Shown piece after piece: positions 13,656 through 24,743 of a stretch of 64,000 nt of DNA. The notes beneath the pieces are model-generated. The model was not told where the DNA came from and did no database searches. It worked only from the letters and a program-made list of their open reading frames with translations. Position numbers and translations under genes: made by a program. The first letter of the stretch is position 1. Every line of letters begins with the position of its first letter. The DNA lies in NCBI GenBank assembly GCA_973895155.1, contig OZ316893.1:21436955-21500954 (forward strand), written 5' to 3'. Source of the DNA: Marsupella aquatica. Its lineage: Eukaryota > Plantae > Marchantiophyta.

Positions 13656-16523
13656 ATGTCAGCAGACGAGCCAGGAGGTAGCAGCACATCACCATCGACA
13701 CCCAGGTATCATTTACGGAGTGATCCACGACCGTTGGTGCCAATTTCATTGGAATCTCGGCAATTTCAATGACGTCAGCAGACAGCAATAGCACCCACAC
13801 CACGCCATCCTTCTGCTACATTTGGCGGTCGCTTCATCACTACCCCGAAGCCTACTATCACTTCATTGCCATTTACCCCTTCTACATCAGTGGTTGTTCC
13901 AGCTTCACCAACATACAGCATGGATGCCAGCCACTCATCTGGCCGCATTGAGCGCTTCAGCGGGCGGCCAGGCACTGTTTCTTTGCGTGAGTTCAAATCC
14001 ACTTTCTACACTGTCATATACAAATTGGAGTTGAAGTATGGCAGCCATTTCACAAATGCTTTTGCATTTAAGCAGCTAGCTAGGTATGTGCACCATGAGG
14101 CTTTGGATGTGTATGAGCAGCATTCTCAACGGCTGCTTGCTGTCACACAGTTGCCTAACCCTACCTATGCCAGTGCAATTGCGGCAGCCTCACAATTGGT
14201 CTTACAGAATGCCATTGCAGCCCATGCTGTTGCTCCTACCACTTCCCCTCCTACTCCAGTTCCTACCACTGCGCCAGTTACTCCCACTGTCTTGGCACAG
14301 GCTACATCAGGCATTTCTCCCACCATTGATTCTCCTGCCTTTGCTGATCCAGTGGCTGAGTTTTTCCAGGTTCTTGAATTGGAATTCCCAATCAAGAGTG
14401 CTGACAAAATCATGCAGTTGGCCACCTTTGTGAGGCAGCGCGATGAAACCTTGAAGATGATGTATCGTCGGCTTCTCAAGCTGAAGGAGGACACCCAGAG
14501 CATCACTGACCTGGAGGCTGCTCATCGCTATCTTCGTGCATTGGAGGGCACACCAGCTCTCCATTCGCAAGTATTGCAACAAGTATTCTCAGAGTTTGGA
14601 GACAGCTACACACTGCTCAATGTCTATGACACTACTGAGAAACTTGAGTTGGCCCATGCACATTATGAGGCCAGTATTACGCGTCCACCGCGATCCAGGT
14701 ACTAGGCTGCTGCCCCTACACTGGCCACTCCTTCTCGTGTGCCACAGTATGGTTCCAAAACCAAGCCAACACATGCTACTTTCATGCTGCCATCTTGCAA
14801 CTACTGTGGTAACCTCAATCACAAGGCTAATGAGTGTGATATTGTTGCTGAGGACTTGTCTTGTGATTTTTGCGGGAAAGTGGGTCACTTGGAGGCAGTT
14901 TGTTTTTCCAAATTCCCAGAGCGGAAGCAGCTACGACAACAAGCCCCTCATCCTGCTCCTGCTTCCACTTCCCCACCAGCTAGGAGGGCTCCTACTACAT
15001 CAGTTGCTCCTCCTTCCAATGGCAAAGCACCCAGTGCTAACAAATTGCCCAAGCCGCAACAAAAGCAACCAGCTCAGAAGGAGGCTCACAACGCACAGGC
15101 AACTCAACTCCAGTCTCTGACTCATGAGGTTGAGTCCCTACGTGCCCAACTTGCCAACATCAAAGGCAAGTCAACTGCCTCTGCTGGTCATTCTCAACCG
15201 GCTGGTCACGTGCAACCCATCCCTGGCCCACGCACCACTGACAGTTCAGCACCTCTACCCTGCTCTTTCTATGGCTTGCCATTTGATGCTCATATGGGTG
15301 AGTGTGTGCTGTCCTCTGCTACACAGCCTGGCCTTACAGCAGAATTTTCAGATTCATTATGCCCTTCCTATTTTGCTTACCAGCAGGCCAGTGCTGCCTC
15401 CCGTATTGCTCCCACATGCCGCATTGTACAGGCTGATGGTCTTGCTGCCGGTCCTATGACTAGAGCCAGGGGAGCTCGGGCTGTCATGCCCCAATCTTTT
15501 CAGCCACTCACACTTGCTGAAGAGCGCACCTTGTTGGCGAGGTGGGAGGGAGCTGCAGCTACATCCATTCCACCACCAGGTGTTGTTGACATTTCACAGG
15601 GAGTTGTTTCTCCTGAGCTGCTTGAGCATTTCACCTCCGGTATGGCACGAAGGATTTTTACAACTCCACTTTTTAGTTGCCATGATTTACAGCTGGATGC
15701 TAGAGCTGTCCTCAGAGCGCTAGAGGGTTCACCGCATTCTTCATCAGCCCCTATGACACCGGTTTTGGAGGTCCAATCTCATGTACATACTGGACCTTCT
15801 TCTTCTCCTTTACATGTTTCCACTAGTTTGGCTGCCCCAGTATCGATTGCTGCTGATTGTGTGACCAGAGCTACACTTGATTCTGGTCATGCTGCTCCAT
15901 CTTTCCTGGCTATGTTGTTGAGTGGAAAGACCGTGGACACTAACTCCCTTCACAAGGTACCTCATCATTTGCCGAGAGTGGTGCCTAGTGACAGGACTTC
16001 AGTTTCCACCACCATTGCCATTGTTGACAACAGAAATTCAGTGGTCAAGTTGGAGGGTCACACTCCTCAGGTGGTCATGCTAGACACAGGTGCTCAACCA
16101 GTGATATTGGGCATTCAGTTTGCCAAGAAGATGGGACTGTTGACTGATCATTTACAGCAATCCAAGTGGCACATTCGGACTGCTAGTGGCACTGTGGAGG
16201 ATGTGTTGGGTGAGAGTTCTACTTTACTCACTCTCACTTTTAATGGAGGTACAAATCAGGAATTGCATTTCCCAGTCAGATGTTTGGTTACCAATGCCAC
16301 TACGTATGATGTGCTCATTGGCCAGGAGGCTTTGTTCCCACCAGGTTTTACCATTGACAACTGGCATGAACATGCATACTACAGAGTTGATTGGCATATG
16401 GGTGGCTCACACTTGGGCTACATTCCACTTGATTTGCATGGTGCTCATACACCTATGGCTCACCATTGTGTGTTGAAAACAGTGCACACAGCTACCTATG
16501 TCAACCACCCATTGCAGGATTAG
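13656..16523 (+). pseudogene. Retrotransposon Gag with two CCHC zinc knuckles and aspartic protease
   Basis: CNYCGNLNHKANEC and CDFCGKVGHLEAVC are CX2CX4HX4C motifs (about 14796-14903). The protease shows VMLDTGAQPVILG...YDVLIG (about 16070-16330). In-frame stops at 13770 and 14703. Confidence 0.9.
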
Positions 16524-16726
16524 ATTGAGGAGGATGATGATGAGGTGGCTACTGCACATGCTGCTGCACGTATAGCAGCACTTTCCATCAGCGTGGATAA
16601 TCAACCAGAGGTGGTACAACGGCTCCAAGCAGCCCATGGACCTTTGGTGGCTGCATTGCGCAAATTTGAGGACCTTGGGTAGCACAATGGACAACCAATA
16701 GCCCCAATCTTGAGCGCACCAGTTAC

Positions 16727-17680
16727 ATGGATCCTCCTCCGGATGGCCTTACATTGCTTGAGCTTTTCGGTGGCATTTCTACATGCCTGGAAGCTCTCCT
16801 ACGGTCTGGCATGGTGGTGAAGCAGTACATCTACGTGGACATTGATCCAGGTGCAAGGCAAGTGGCTGAATCTCGTCTGCTGGAATTTTCAGAGCGATTT
16901 CCCCAGCAGTTTCCACACAGTGCATGGAAATCTGCATTTTCTTTCTTCCCTCCGGATATCTAGCTTGTCCAGCACCGGCACTTAACCCTTCTTGGCTCCC
17001 TTGATTTGATCATAGCTGGTTGGGAATGCCAAGGGTTTTCAGCTGCTGGTCATGGTGCTGGACTGCATGATTCTCGTTCTGGCCTTTTTACAGCATTGGT
17101 TCAGATTCTCACGTGGGCTCAATCCCTTTATCCTGCTGTTGGTTATATCATTGAGAATACTCCATCTCAGTTTGACCAGCGTCCACAGGTCAAAGAGGAT
17201 TTCAGTGTGGTCCAGCACTACTTGGGACCACCCCTTCTCATTGATGCAGTGCACTGTGGTTCTTATGCACATCGTCTTCGTAACTTTTGGACTAACCTTG
17301 CACCACCTTCCTTGTTGGAGTTAGCTCTTCACCACACATCCAGGGACACTAACCTCACAGTGGACCAGATTTTGGATCCTGACAGTTCTTGCCAACCAGT
17401 TACACGGCAAGAGCCAGCACCTTGGTATCCAGCCAATACCATTGGACAGCCCCGTGCTGCTTGGCCTACATTTGTATCCTTTCCAGGTGCACATGCCTTT
17501 CAGGGTGATGGTCCTGGCCTGGTTTATTGACATTCTACCGGTACTTGGGATGAACCTAGTCCTGAGGAGAGAGAACGGCCTATGGGCTTCCAATCTGGTA
17601 CTACAGGCCACACCCACATCACCAGGCTGGTCCGGAATGCTTTACTTGGTAGGGTAATGGATCTTAATGCTCTCACTTGG
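16727..17680 (+). pseudogene. DNMT3-like C5 cytosine DNA methyltransferase domain inside pol
   Basis: Motif I LLELFGGI, II YVDID, III DI, IV DLIIAGWECQGFS, V SRSGLF, VI IIENT, VIII AHRLRNFWTNL, IX EERERPMGF and X RNALLGRVMD occur in canonical linear order. Two in-frame stops (16961, 17528). Same frame as the downstream RT. Confidence 0.9.
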
Positions 17681-18039
17681 ATTCTGGTCACTTGCATCCT
17701 TTTTCAGATGTACATTCATCCAACATCTGGAGTTCCAGCTCTACCACTCCATGGTGCTGCTACATGGCATCCAGACCAGGTGCACTTACCTCTATTCAAC
17801 ACTCATCGCTTCAGTCCAAGTGTTGGGGGGGAGGAGGTCCCTTGTAATGTGGCTGATATTATTTTTGAGTTTCATGGTGTGGATCAGACCAGAGCAACAG
17901 ATACAACAGGCCTTGGAGAGGCCTCATCACCTTATCAGCAGCATGCTAGCAGCTTGGGTGGAGAGGCTGGCACTTCTGGCTCTTCAAGCACGAGTACATC
18001 AGGTCCTATTCCTAGTGTTGTCAACTACACATTCATCAT

Positions 18040-19450
18040 GGGCAACCACCTGAGTAAAAGACAGAAGGACCAGCTGCTGAATTTGTTCCTCAAGCATGAG
18101 AATGTGTTTGCTTTCTCTATGAAGGACTTGGGTAAGTGCAAGACTATGCAGTTCTCCATTGAGTTGGCTGATGAAACACCTATCTTCAAGCGGAGACACC
18201 GTTTGAGTAAGCATGAGTGGCAGCTGGTGGATGAGAGGTGCCAAGAGCCCTATGAAGCTGGTCTTATTCAGCCATCTACATCAGATTTTGCAGCAGCTAC
18301 AGTGATGCCAGCAAAGAAGAATTCCAGTGGATTATGGACAGAGAAGCGCATGTGTGGGGACTACAGGCCACTGAACTTGGTCACACCCCAGGACAGGTAC
18401 CCCATGCCACGGCCAGAGGAGCTATTTGACAGCATTGGAGACTCAGACATCTTCACTCTTGTGGATCTAAGGCAAGGCTTTAACCAGATTTTGCTGTTTG
18501 CAAAGGATCGCAAGAAAACAGCTTTCCATGGTAGTAACCAACTATGGGAGTGGTTGATGATGCCATTTGGCTTGGAGAATGCGCCCATATTCTTTCAAAG
18601 AGTCATGGACCAGGTTCTTCAAGGCGCTGAGTTTCTGAAATGTTACATTGATGATGTGTTGGTCCATAGCAAAGGATTTGACCAGCATCTACTTGACCTT
18701 GAGGAGCTATTCATGAGGCTTAAGAAGGTGAACCTAAAGATACACCCCAAGAAGTGTGAATTTGTTGTTAGATCAGTAGTATACCTTGGGCAACGCATTC
18801 TTTCAAATGGAACCATGGCTCACTAGGCCAAGGTGGTATCCATCTTGGAAATGCCCACTCCTACTGATGTTCACACTCTTAGGAGCTTTATTGGGTTGTG
18901 CAATTACTACCGGATCTACATCAAAGATTTCAGTACCATTGCACATCCATTGTACTCTTTGTTGAAAAAGAATGTGACTTGGACATAGAGTACAGATGCG
19001 GAGGCAGCATTTGCCACTTTGAAGGAGAAGCTCTCAGAATACCCGATGCTGAGAAGACCTGATTTCAGCAAGGTCTTTGTGCTCCACACAGATTGGAGTG
19101 CCCTTGGGATTGGTGCCATTCTAGGCCAACATGATGAGGAAGGTAAGGAGTACGTCATTGCCTATGCATCCAGGAGCAACAATCAGGCTGAGAGTCATTC
19201 TTCTTCTTATGAGGGTGAATGCCTTGTTGTTGTGTGGGCTGTCATACATTACAGGCCCTACCTCTATGGGACCAGGTTTACTCTCTACACCGACCACCAG
19301 CCCTTGAAGTGGTTGATGACTAACGACAAGCTTACTGGCAAGCTTGCTCGTTGGGCACTCATCCTCCAGGAGTATGATTTTGAGGTAATTCATAGGCCTG
19401 GTTTGACACATCAGAATGCTGACACTATGTCCCGCAGCCCTTTGATTACC
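18040..19450 (+). pseudogene. Reverse transcriptase and RNase H of the retroelement
   Basis: RT motifs RMCGDYRPLN, YPMP, VDLRQGFNQI, MPFGLENAP, YIDD and KCEF. RNase H motifs HTDWS, VIAYASR, YEGECL, TDHQPL, RWALILQEY and NADTMSR. Confidence 0.95.
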
Positions 19451-19675
19451 TCTGATGATTCCTCAGATGCACGGCAGGATTTTGACCAGGTTTCCATCCT
19501 GCCTACATTTCATGCATCTACCTATCTTGCTTTGCTGCCATGCTACGTTGTTGACCAACCTGTGGTGGACATATGGGAGGACAACGACACTGTGAGATTT
19601 TTGCAGTATGGGAAGTACCCCATACATGTTACTGCAACCTAGAGAGACCAAATTCAGCAAAGGTCCAAGCGCTAC

Positions 19676-21020
19676 TTGTGGAAGGGAGATCATCTCGTGC
19701 GCTGCTTGCCAGACAGGGAAGTGGTGGTTCCACCCATTCATGAGAGGGTTGGCCTTATCCGTAAGGTACATTCTGAGCTTGGTCATTTTGGTGTTAAGAG
19801 GACTTACAGCCTCTTGGTCCCTCATTATCATTGGAGAGGCATGCATGGCCAGGTTCGAGATGTTATTGCCCGGTGTGAACAGTGTGATAGGGTGAGGACT
19901 TCTTTCACATCTCGGCAACCCACACTTCATCCACTCCCTATTCAGGGCATGTTTTATCGCTGGTCATGTGATTTGGCTGGAGAATTACCCCTCACATCTC
20001 GGGGTAATCTCTACATCATGATCATGATAGAGCATTTCTCCAAGTGGATAGAACTTGTGGCATTGCCGGATAAGACCTCCCATAGCACCAGCCAGGCATT
20101 CCTACAACAAGTTCTCGGCCGCTTTGGAGCTTGTGCAGAATGTCTCACTGACCAGGGCTCAGAGTTTAGAGGAGAGTTCCAGGAGCTGCATGATCAGGCC
20201 CTCATTGACCATCGCCGGACATCACGAGATCACCCACAGGCAGATGGCTTGGCAGAGCGCATGGTTCAGACATGCAAGAAGGGCCTCTGGAAGATCTGCC
20301 TCACCAAAAACAAGGAGGATTGGGACCTGGCCTTACCCTACATTGCCATGGGGTATAGGATGTCCAGACATGCATCACTGTCTAACTTTTCTCCCTACTT
20401 CTTGCTGTTTGGTCGTCACCCAGTTCCACCTTTTGCTATTGCTGCTCACATGCTTGAGGTGGTAGACTTGGATTTAGCTGTGACTTGGTCTGATGTGATC
20501 TCTGAGAGGGCTGCCCTATTCAGGAGGGTTATGTCCATGGCCATGGAGAATTTGGCCATTGTACAGCACAGGGACACACTGCGTTATGCACACACACGAG
20601 GGGGCACTTTTCAGCCCAAGGTCAGGAAGTTTGATGTGGAAGATTTTGTGTACTTGCAGCGGCAAGCTAACGACACCCTGGATGGACACCTCTACCAGTC
20701 GTACTATTCTTAGGGTTAAAGCTATTCGACCGTCTAGAGTGCTAGAGTTACAAGGGGCAGATGGGCGCACAATTGCTGACAATGCCAAGAATTGCGCCCC
20801 TTGTCATCTGCCTAACCTGGATCCCACCATTGTGACTTCTACTTGGATTCCACCTGTGGACTACCCTTGCAAAGTGTGTTTGCGAATTGATGATGCTGAC
20901 CAGATGCTGCTGTGTGACAATTGCAATGGAGGGTACCATCTTTTCTGCCTTCGGCCTGAACTTACCCAGGTGCCAGAAGGGTTATGGTTTTTCCCTTCCT
21001 GTGCTCCACGTGCTACCTGA
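19676..21020 (+). pseudogene. Retroviral-type integrase (HHCC, DDE) with C-terminal PHD finger
   Basis: HSELGHFG...CEQC zinc finger and catalytic CDLAG / TDQGSEF / LAER. After the 4-bp frameshift comes CKVC...MLLCDNCNGGYHLFCLRPELTQVPEGLWFFPSC (20868-21002), a C4HC3 PHD with the 7th ligand changed to Phe. Confidence 0.93.
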
Positions 21021-21749
21021 ATTTTCTTCAACCCTCCTTTTGGCTGTGGTCTGGGGGGGATACAGAGGTTTACACCTCCACTATGTACATACCACCTCAG
21101 TTGCTTTTTCTTGGCACTTGTGAATGTGATTGGACTTTTTCTATGCATGTTGGTTGCTAGCAGCTTGCACATATGCCTTGCCGGTGACTTATATGTTTTC
21201 GATACACTATGGCTACGATACTATATGTCACGACAACACACCTGTTCACCCAACTTTGCTGGCATGATTGGACTAGCACTTGATGCACAGCAAGGGGCAC
21301 CCACTTTTTGTACTTATATGAATATCACAGTTGGGCACTGACCTGCAAAGTCATATCAGGTTCTCCATTAATATCCATCAATATTAATTGAGCGCATAAA
21401 AGCAATGAACATAATATCTGCCCACAAAATCCAAGTTTTTTGTAAGTCACAACAGCATGAATGTACACCACTTTTGGGTGGGGTGAATGTCAAAACACTC
21501 TTGGACTACAGGTTTTGATCCTTGCACGTGTCTTGCCCCACTCAAATGTGCTACCACCTAGCTTGGAGCAACTGACTTCCTCATCAAATTGCGTCTAGTA
21601 TGTATCATGAAAATAGGATGTAGCACATTTGGGCAACTGGCAGTACTTACATGCTAATTAATGTGCAAGGCTCTCGATTAGTCTCGAGAGTGCTTTTTGT
21701 CCTTCACCCACCACTAGACATGACAAAACCATAAATAATTCTCTTTTCC

Positions 21750-21905
21750 TGCATTGTGGAGCTAAAGGGTGGGGGAGAGGAGATGAATGTGAAAAAGAGA
21801 CTTGAAATTGTGGAGCTAAAGGGCAGGGACGAAGAGAGAAATGTGAAAAATAGACCTGAAATTGTGGATCTAAAGGGAAAGGGAGAGACAAGAAATGTGA
21901 AAAAG
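21750..21905. repeat. Purine-rich tandem repeat, about 54 bp x3
   Basis: ATTGTGGA(G/T)CTAAAGGG...AATGTGAAAAA occurs three times. Confidence 0.8.
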
Positions 21906-22361
21906 AAAGAAATCTTGGACATTCCTCTATTTGTAAGTCTACTGGCTGGCTAGAGGCTGTTTAATCTGATATTACCAATTGCACTGAATCCTTAATTTCC
22001 TAGGTGAGAGGCTAATTCACATTAATTAGCCTTAGCCTTTTGTTATCAATGCAGGGATGGGGTTGGAATGGAGTGGTGGGCCTAGGGTGAGCCAGGCAAG
22101 GGCAAACGGAGTGCAAGGACACAATTAGGGCATCTCAAAAATGACAATTTGATGGACCTTAACTTTCTAATCGCAACAGGTTAAGGATACAAAATTGGTA
22201 GTCAATGACTCTTTGCTGTAAGGATTGGTCATATGCTATTACCATTATAGTGGCTAGTGAAAGAAAAAACAATTACTTGTGAGTGAATGCCATCATCATT
22301 AATTTCTCAGTAAATGGTCCTGGTAGATGTACATCAAAGTATGACATATAGATTCTCTGCC

Positions 22362-22795
22362 TACCATGATAAACCTTGTTTTGATTTTAAAATCAACGAG
22401 TACACTACATCCTCCACACCATGATAACCCTTGTTTTCTTTTTAAAAGCAATGAGTTTACTCTGTACCATGTTAAACCTTGTTTTGTTGTTAAAACCAAT
22501 GAGTACACTACATCCTCCATACCATGATAAACCTTGTTTTGTTTTTAAAAGCAATGAGTGCACTACATACTCCATACCATGTTAAACCTTGTGTTGTTTT
22601 TAAAACCAATGAGTACACTACATCCTCCAGACCATGATAAACCTTGTTTTGCTTTTAAAATCAATGAGTACACTCCATCCTCCATACCATGACAAACCTT
22701 GTTAATTGTTTTAAAAGTCAATGAGTGTAGGCTCCATACCACGTTAAACCTTGTTTTTAAAACCAATGAGTAAGGTACATACTCCGTACCATGAT
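22362..22795. repeat. Minisatellite, about 50-60 bp x about 8
   Basis: Recurrent CCATG(A/T)TAAACCTTGTTTT...TAAAA.CAATGAGT.CACTACATCCTCCA. Confidence 0.9.
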
Positions 22796-23150
22796 ATAGC
22801 ATGTTCATCATGGAACATGCCTCTTTTTTTGTCTTGTAGTGATATGTAATTCATTTGATTTATTTTATGATAAAAAATAGGTACATGTAAAGTATATGCC
22901 AATAAATTAATATCTGTTAATTAACAGTTTTTACCAGGCTCTACCAGGCTTTTCAGTTCTTCGCTAAGTAGGGTATTAGCTTTCACGGCTTGTTTCTGGG
23001 TTACTTTTGAGTAGGTTTTTGGGTTAGGGACCCCTTGGCGTGTTTTTGTTGGGGCCCTTTCCCCTCTTTTCCTCCCTTCATTGGGTTGCTTTGCCTTTGG
23101 GATCTTGTCTCCCAGTTTGGCATTTTTGCCCTTGGGTACTGTGTTATATA

Positions 23151-24110
23151 CATTCACGAAGATGCTTCCTTGTATTGTCATTAATTGCACCTCCATTATC
23201 CACCACACCCCACCTCAATACTCTCCCCATTTTTGGGTCCCAGTTCCGTTTCAGGCCAGGACCTTTTTGGGTACCCTTGCTGTCCCTGCCCAACCCATGT
23301 CTTGCCCCAGCTCACAGGATTTCACAACAGTCGAGCACTAACTCAATTTGAGTGAAACTTATTCTCTCCCCGCATGAGGAATGTGCAAAGATATTCTGCG
23401 CGCACATTCCACATGACAGCTAGAATATATGCCAGAATGAAACACTGCATGTGCACATGCATTTAGATTCTAAAAATGGCAAGGCAAACTAGTCACTCAA
23501 ATTGTAGGGTGCCATTGGCATGCCTAACATACTGCCATATCTTTCTTGATTTGAAAACAAATTTCATGAATAAAGTTTTGCTTCTTATGCAATAAAATGT
23601 GTGCTTACTGTGAATAGCTTAGGAGATGAATGGTTTTTTATTTGATTAGGTCTCCTCTATTGACAGGGACTAGATGACAGATTTATTAAAAGGTATGCTG
23701 GAAAAGACATAGAAAAGCTTTTCCGTTGGGTGCCACTTTTGCAGGCTTAAAGTATTACATGTGCATTGGTATTAAGTATCCTGTCGTGACAAAAAGAATC
23801 CACCCAAAACATCCAAGTACAGGTTCAAGTCAGAATATTATCCATGCAAAAATCCAAAGAAAATCTGAGGAACAATCAGAGAGCGCACCAGAAAAACCAT
23901 TAAAATTTAAAATAGTAGTAAAGGGGCTATCAAAAGGACTGGGTTTAAGGGCTGCCCAAACATGGGATGGGCAGGGCAGCCAGGGGACCAAAAAAGGTCC
24001 TGGCCTGAAACTGAAATGGGACACAAAAATGGGGAGAGTCTTCGGGTGGGTGTGGGGGATAATCAGGATGCAATGAATGACAATACAAGGAAGCGTCTTC
24101 GCGAATACAG
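23151..24110. mobile_element. Foldback/MITE-like element with about 160-bp imperfect terminal inverted repeats
   Basis: 23151-23311 (ATTCACGAAGATGCTTCCTTGTATTGTCATT...TTTCAGGCCAGGACCTTTTT...) is the reverse complement of 23951-24106 (...AAAAAGGTCCTGGCCTGAAA...AATGACAATACAAGGAAGCGTCTTCGCGAAT). The core is AT-rich and non-coding. Confidence 0.7.
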
Positions 24111-24538
24111 TATATGCAAAGAAAAGTACATTATAACCAAGAAAAACACAAAGGTACTACTAACTAGTTATGCACAATACAGTATATATTTTCTCTTGCT
24201 TCTAGGTAATGACAATCAATTAAAACCTTAAATTTTGTAAAAGAAACCAGGAGGGAAACTTAGTACACCAAATGTGCACATTGTTAGACTCATTTGTCTC
24301 TCTCTCATGAGAAAAAAGATAATTCACTAAAGAATGATTGAAAATGAAAGATTAAATATTTATGAGGGAGCCAAATATATTCACAATACTCTAAATTCAC
24401 TATAAAATTAAAAGGGATCCAAAAGTAACCTTCAAAATCAAAGACACATTAAAATAAAAATACTGAACACAAAATATGAATAAGACAAAATTTGAAAAGG
24501 TGTAATCACCATATAAGAGCTTAATGATTTTCAGGCCA

Positions 24539-24743
24539 TATATGATCACATTTTGATGTGTGAGTGTAGACCTTATATGATCACATTTTGTGATGGGTGA
24601 GTGCAGACCTTATATGATCACATTTTGTGATGGGTGAGTGCAGACCTTATATGATCACATTTTTTGATGGGTGAGTGCAGACCTTATATGATCACATTTT
24701 GAGGTGTGAGTGTAGACCTTATATGATCACATTTTGAGGTGTG
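24539..24743. repeat. Minisatellite, 35-37 bp x6
   Basis: Near-identical contiguous units TATATGATCACATTTT(G/T)..G.G.GTGAGTG(C/T)AGACCT with no unique spacers. Confidence 0.95.

Larger units (their letters stand above)
13656..21020 (+). mobile_element. Degenerate Ty3/Gypsy-type retrotransposon gag-pol: Gag, 2 zinc knuckles, protease, C5 DNA methyltransferase, RT, RNase H, integrase, PHD
   Basis: One reading frame can be reconstructed from ATG 13656 to TGA 21020. It is interrupted by 9 in-frame stops (13770, 14703, 16521, 16680, 16961, 17528, 18824, 18986, 19640) and 2 frameshifts (about 16730, and a TGGA duplication at 20679-20686). The domain order PR-RT-RH-INT is Gypsy-type. Confidence 0.95.

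Noticed and set aside
16727-17680. A host DNMT3/DRM gene or a bacterial restriction-modification methylase
   Set aside because: The domain is intronless, in frame with RT and decayed like the rest of the element. The motif order is not DRM-permuted and there is no endonuclease partner.
20868-21002. Retroelement PHD captured from the nearby PRH gene
   Set aside because: The PRH PHD has the family-specific CDGAC spacing and differs throughout. Only generic PHD residues are shared.
11250-21660. Similar segments at about 11.3-11.5 kb and 21.4-21.6 kb as the LTRs of the DNMT retroelement
   Set aside because: They share only short motifs, far more diverged than the lightly decayed gag-pol would predict. 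They have no TG...CA ends, and a third copy lies at about 45.8 kb.
24539-24743. 36-bp repeats resembling a CRISPR array
   Set aside because: The units are contiguous with no unique spacers, there are no cas genes and the context is eukaryotic. It is a minisatellite, as are 22362-22795 and 55891-56153.
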